IMG/VR virus record: IMGVR_UViG_3300029305_005079
DNA: 20,000 nucleotides
From: an uncultured virus (IMG/VR IMGVR_UViG_3300029305_005079)
Taxonomy: Duplodnaviria > Heunggongvirae > Uroviricota > Caudoviricetes
Strand: one strand, 5' to 3'
The notes under the pieces are model-generated. The model worked only from the letters and a program-made list of their open reading frames with translations. It was not told where the DNA came from and ran no database searches. Below, piece by piece: positions 17,423 through 20,000 of this stretch. Made by a program: the position numbers and the translations under genes. Position 1 is the first letter of the stretch. Every line of letters begins with the position of its first letter.

Positions 17423-18889
17423 TTACAATATAGCTTTAGCAGTTAATTCAATAGACTGTTTAATATCAAGATTATAATCCTTTATTACACTATCTTTATC
17501 TCTTTTATCGAAATAAATATTAGCTGTAGGATAATAATTCTTGTTCTTACTTCGTCTCTTTTTCTTCTTTTCTTTAGGCTTTGGCTTATTAGCCTCTTGG
17601 TATTCTTCCTCATCGGGAAACTGAAATGATGTACTAGCAACTATTCTAGGCCCATCATTATAATACCGTATCAATACCTTATTATTCTCAACAGCTTCTC
17701 TAGATTGTCTAAGATTAGCTATATCTTCTTCAATCTGAAGAAGTTTATTATATTCTGGAGAATTTAATCTAGTTTCTGTAGCTTTACGCTGCAGCTCTTT
17801 TAGTTTCTCCAATTCTAATTCTCTATTACCTTGAAAATGTTCTTCTACATATCCGTTGGTATCAGATCTAAGCATCCAACCATTATATGCTGTAGCAGAA
17901 CTGAGTTTCTTTAGAGTAAATTTGCCCTTATATAATTCCCTATTTGCTTTTAAAGCATTATGGAGAATCTTCTTTCTAAGAGTTGTTTTGCCATAATTGA
18001 ATCTATAGCCGATAAAATCAATATCTCTATCCTCTAAACTAAAGACACAAGAGGTCTCCTTGAGCCAAAGTCCAAGAGGTTTAATATATTCATTTATTTT
18101 ATTCATAAGATTCATCAGTTTTCTCTTATTACTTCCAAGAATAACCATATCATCCATATATCTTATATAAATACTAACACCTGCTTCAGGCATTGCAACC
18201 TCTCTCAACCAATGGTCAAACTCTTGTAAATAGAAATTAGCAAACCACTGAGATGTATAATACCCTAGAGGTAAACCTTTATTCTTATCTCCATTAGTTC
18301 CTGGAGCAGAATAGATTATAATTCGGCAAAGTTCTATAATATCTTTGTCTTTAATCTTCTTCTCCAACATTTCTAACAAACGTCGTCTATCGATATTTTC
18401 AAAGAATTTCTTTATATCCATCTTTAGACAATGTTTATATCTCTTTCTTACAGGTATATGCACCTTCTTATTATCGTCATTAGAATCGTCTAAAGTCTTT
18501 TCAAGAAAGTTTTTAGCATAAAGAACACCTCTGTCCTTTATGCTCGCACAGCACCAATGATCCATACCCTTCATAAAGATATCTTTAAGTACGGTAATAA
18601 GTGCCCAATGTATTAATTGATCAGGGTATAGGATCGGTGCCTGAATATGGCGAACCTTACCACTACCTTTATCCACTCTAAAAGCTTCTCTCGGTTTTCT
18701 AGGCTTAAATTCTTTATCATGTAACAGCCTAGCCGCTTCGGCTATATAATATTCTTTATTATGTTTCATCATGAAAGCTAAAGATGTAGGATCACTCTTA
18801 CGTTTCTTATCTTTCATAACACCTTTATAGGCTTCTTCCATTATAGCTCTGGTATAGAGCTTGTTATATAGATTTCCGACCCGTTTCAC
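17423..18889 (-). CDS. DGR reverse transcriptase (488 aa, with C-terminal extension)
   Basis: MKRVGNLY N-terminus, LKMDIKKFF, GLPLGYYTSQWFAN (DGR-type SQ motif), YIRYMDD, IDFIGY; GTG start after AGAAAGGAG; adjacent TR/VR pair. Confidence 0.95.
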   Translation of the reverse strand: MKRVGNLYNKLYTRAIMEEAYKGVMKDKKRKSDPTSLAFMMKHNKEYYIAEAARLLHDKEFKPRKPREAFRVDKGSGKVRHIQAPILYPDQLIHWALITVLKDIFMKGMDHWCCASIKDRGVLYAKNFLEKTLDDSNDDNKKVHIPVRKRYKHCLKMDIKKFFENIDRRRLLEMLEKKIKDKDIIELCRIIIYSAPGTNGDKNKGLPLGYYTSQWFANFYLQEFDHWLREVAMPEAGVSIYIRYMDDMVILGSNKRKLMNLMNKINEYIKPLGLWLKETSCVFSLEDRDIDFIGYRFNYGKTTLRKKILHNALKANRELYKGKFTLKKLSSATAYNGWMLRSDTNGYVEEHFQGNRELELEKLKELQRKATETRLNSPEYNKLLQIEEDIANLRQSREAVENNKVLIRYYNDGPRIVASTSFQFPDEEEYQEANKPKPKEKKKKRRSKNKNYYPTANIYFDKRDKDSVIKDYNLDIKQSIELTAKAIL

Positions 18890-19051
18890 AATATATCAGG
18901 TCTCCTTTCTTATAATAGTAAATTTGCCATAGAAGCGAATCTATGCCAATCGGATCGATGGGTCATTTTAACCCCTATTCGACCCTAGCGGGCGTTCGAA
19001 TCATTCTTCATGCATTAGCATATATCTCATAATTAGAGAATGTCTGACCTA

Positions 19052-19552
19052 CTAGCCCACCTCGAGGCGGGCAATTTTTATCGAACTTAATCGATAAGGT
19101 TGTAGGATGCAGAAATCATTTACAAGCTTCTTTGTTTCGTTAAATCTATGAAAGAAGTTCCGAGAGAAGAAAGAGTGTAAAGATCCGATGTTCAATCGTG
19201 GTATTACTTCGCCTCGTAGAAGAAAAATACCATCCAGAATAGGGTTAAGCCGCGACAACACGCCCGCAATAATTGTCGTTGTTGTTCGACGGCGTATTGT
19301 TGATATTGGCGTAGAAAGGGCCAACATTCGCAGAGGTGTTGTTGTAGTTGCCGCCAACGTGCGCCACCTTACCCGAGTTGGAATTGACATACCAAGCCCG
19401 AGATTCACCCCACAACCTAATACATACTCATCATAGTATGACTTACAATTCGTTCCCAATGAATTATCATAACTATAATGCATTTTGTACGTATCATTGA
19501 TATGGTTACTTCTGTTAAAAAACAAAATGGAATTTTTCATAAAATTTTTCAT
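19052..19552 (-). CDS. Possible ORF (166 aa) running through the TR
   Basis: Strong AGAAAGGAGG RBS before the ATG at 19552, but the product is not Avd-like and overlaps the TR in a shifted frame. Confidence 0.3.
   Translation of the reverse strand: MKNFMKNSILFFNRSNHINDTYKMHYSYDNSLGTNCKSYYDEYVLGCGVNLGLGMSIPTRVRWRTLAATTTTPLRMLALSTPISTIRRRTTTTIIAGVLSRLNPILDGIFLLRGEVIPRLNIGSLHSFFSRNFFHRFNETKKLVNDFCILQPYRLSSIKIARLEVG
19244..19395 (-). repeat. DGR template repeat (TR)
   Basis: 152-bp ungapped match to 19728..19879; rich in AAC/AAT codons (reads WYVNSNSGKVAHVGGNYNNTSANVGPFYANINNTPSNNNDNYCGRVVAA*). It carries A at all 20 mismatch positions. Confidence 0.95.
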
Positions 19553-19596
19553 CGTATCTACCTCCTTTCTTAAAGGATTTTATATTTATTAATTAT

Positions 19597-19604
19597 GTAA
19601 TATA
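19597..19604 (-). promoter_or_regulatory. TATATTAC putative early promoter for the TR-RT transcript
   Basis: Exact phiKZ-type early motif located between the terminator and the RBS near 19560; the region is AT-rich, so a chance match is possible. Confidence 0.4.
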
Positions 19605-19623
19605 TGTATTATTTTACTATCAT

Positions 19624-19680
19624 AAAAAAGACAACCCCATCACCACGCTCCGCTCCCGCTTCGCTATGGTGATGGGGTTG
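19624..19680 (-). terminator. Terminator-like hairpin after the DGR target gene
   Basis: 14-bp stem CAACCCCATCACCA/TGGTGATGGGGTTG with a 21-nt loop, followed by TCTTTTTT on the minus strand. Confidence 0.65.
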
Positions 19681-19686
19681 GGGAAA

Positions 19687-19709
19687 GCAAGGGAGCTTCG
19701 CTCCCTTGC
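19687..19709 (-). promoter_or_regulatory. DGR target-recognition hairpin/cruciform
   Basis: GCAAGGGAGC-GAA-GCTCCCTTGC, about 19 nt after the VR stop codon; absent after the TR. Confidence 0.8.
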
Positions 19710-19727
19710 AAACCCTCTTCTCGGACT

Positions 19728-19879
19728 GTTAAGCCGCGACAACACGCCCGCAAAAAACGACGTTGTAGTTCGACGGCGCAACGTTGATATAGGCGCAGAA
19801 AGGGCCAACATTCGCAGAGGCGACGTTGCAGTAGCCGCCAACGCGCGCCACCATACCCGAGACGGAATTGACAAACCAA
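19728..19879 (-). repeat. DGR variable repeat (VR)
   Basis: Forms the 3' end of the target ORF; differs from the TR only at TR adenines. Confidence 0.95.
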
Positions 19880-20000
19880 TAGTCACACCATCCCAAAGTA
19901 TCGTCAGACTGACCAACAGAAGCTGTGATTGCAGCCCCATCCATAACAGGAATCATAGATGTAGGATACAATCCAGATCCTCTCGTATAACCATCTGCAA
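19729..20000 (-). CDS. DGR target protein, C-terminal part (C-type-lectin-fold-like variable domain; 5' end outside the window)
   Basis: The frame is open to the window edge. It ends ...RVGGYCNVASANVGPFCAYINVAPSNYNVVFCGRVVAA*, the GG...G.F....S......GR pattern of CLec-type DGR targets. Confidence 0.88.
   Translation of the reverse strand, partial: ADGYTRGSGLYPTSMIPVMDGAAITASVGQSDDTLGWCDYWFVNSVSGMVARVGGYCNVASANVGPFCAYINVAPSNYNVVFCGRVVAA

Larger units (their letters stand above)
17423..20000 (-). mobile_element. Diversity-generating retroelement (target gene with VR - hairpin - TR - RT)
   Basis: RT plus a 152-bp TR/VR pair with adenine-specific mismatches, plus a GAA-loop hairpin after the VR. 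Confidence 0.95.

Noticed and set aside
17423..18889. The RT as a group II intron, retron or Abi RT
   Set aside because: The GxxxSQ motif, the MKRxGNLY start and the adjacent adenine-specific TR/VR pair identify it as a DGR RT; no YADD or retron VTG motif was seen.
19188..19940. ORFs 19188..19436 (+), 19620..19940 (-) and 19664..19879 (-)
   Set aside because: Alternative frames of the TR/VR. Only the frame ending at 19729 gives the CLec-type pattern with variable positions in codon positions 1-2.

Overview
AT-rich segment that looks like a jumbo (phiKZ/AR9-like) bacteriophage genome; strong AGGAGG ribosome-binding sites suggest a Firmicute host. From left to right: small hypothetical genes; a phage multisubunit RNA polymerase beta'-like N-terminal subunit gene (2008..3900) split by a 390-nt group I intron (2881..3270); hypothetical, P-loop and membrane genes; a 1624-aa repetitive tail fibre with a partner protein and a putative fibre chaperone; a hairpin-rich ~600-nt region without long ORFs; and a diversity-generating retroelement (DGR) on the minus strand. 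The DGR has an RT (17423..18889), a template repeat (TR, 19244..19395) and a variable repeat (VR, 19728..19879); all 20 TR/VR mismatches fall at template adenines. Most unusual: the intron carries, in place of a homing endonuclease, a CCA-ending tRNA-like cloverleaf with a greatly elongated anticodon arm (2990..3123). Nine AACA-N6-TA motifs matching the AR9 late-promoter consensus lie upstream of genes. All calls are from manual reading; no database searches were run.
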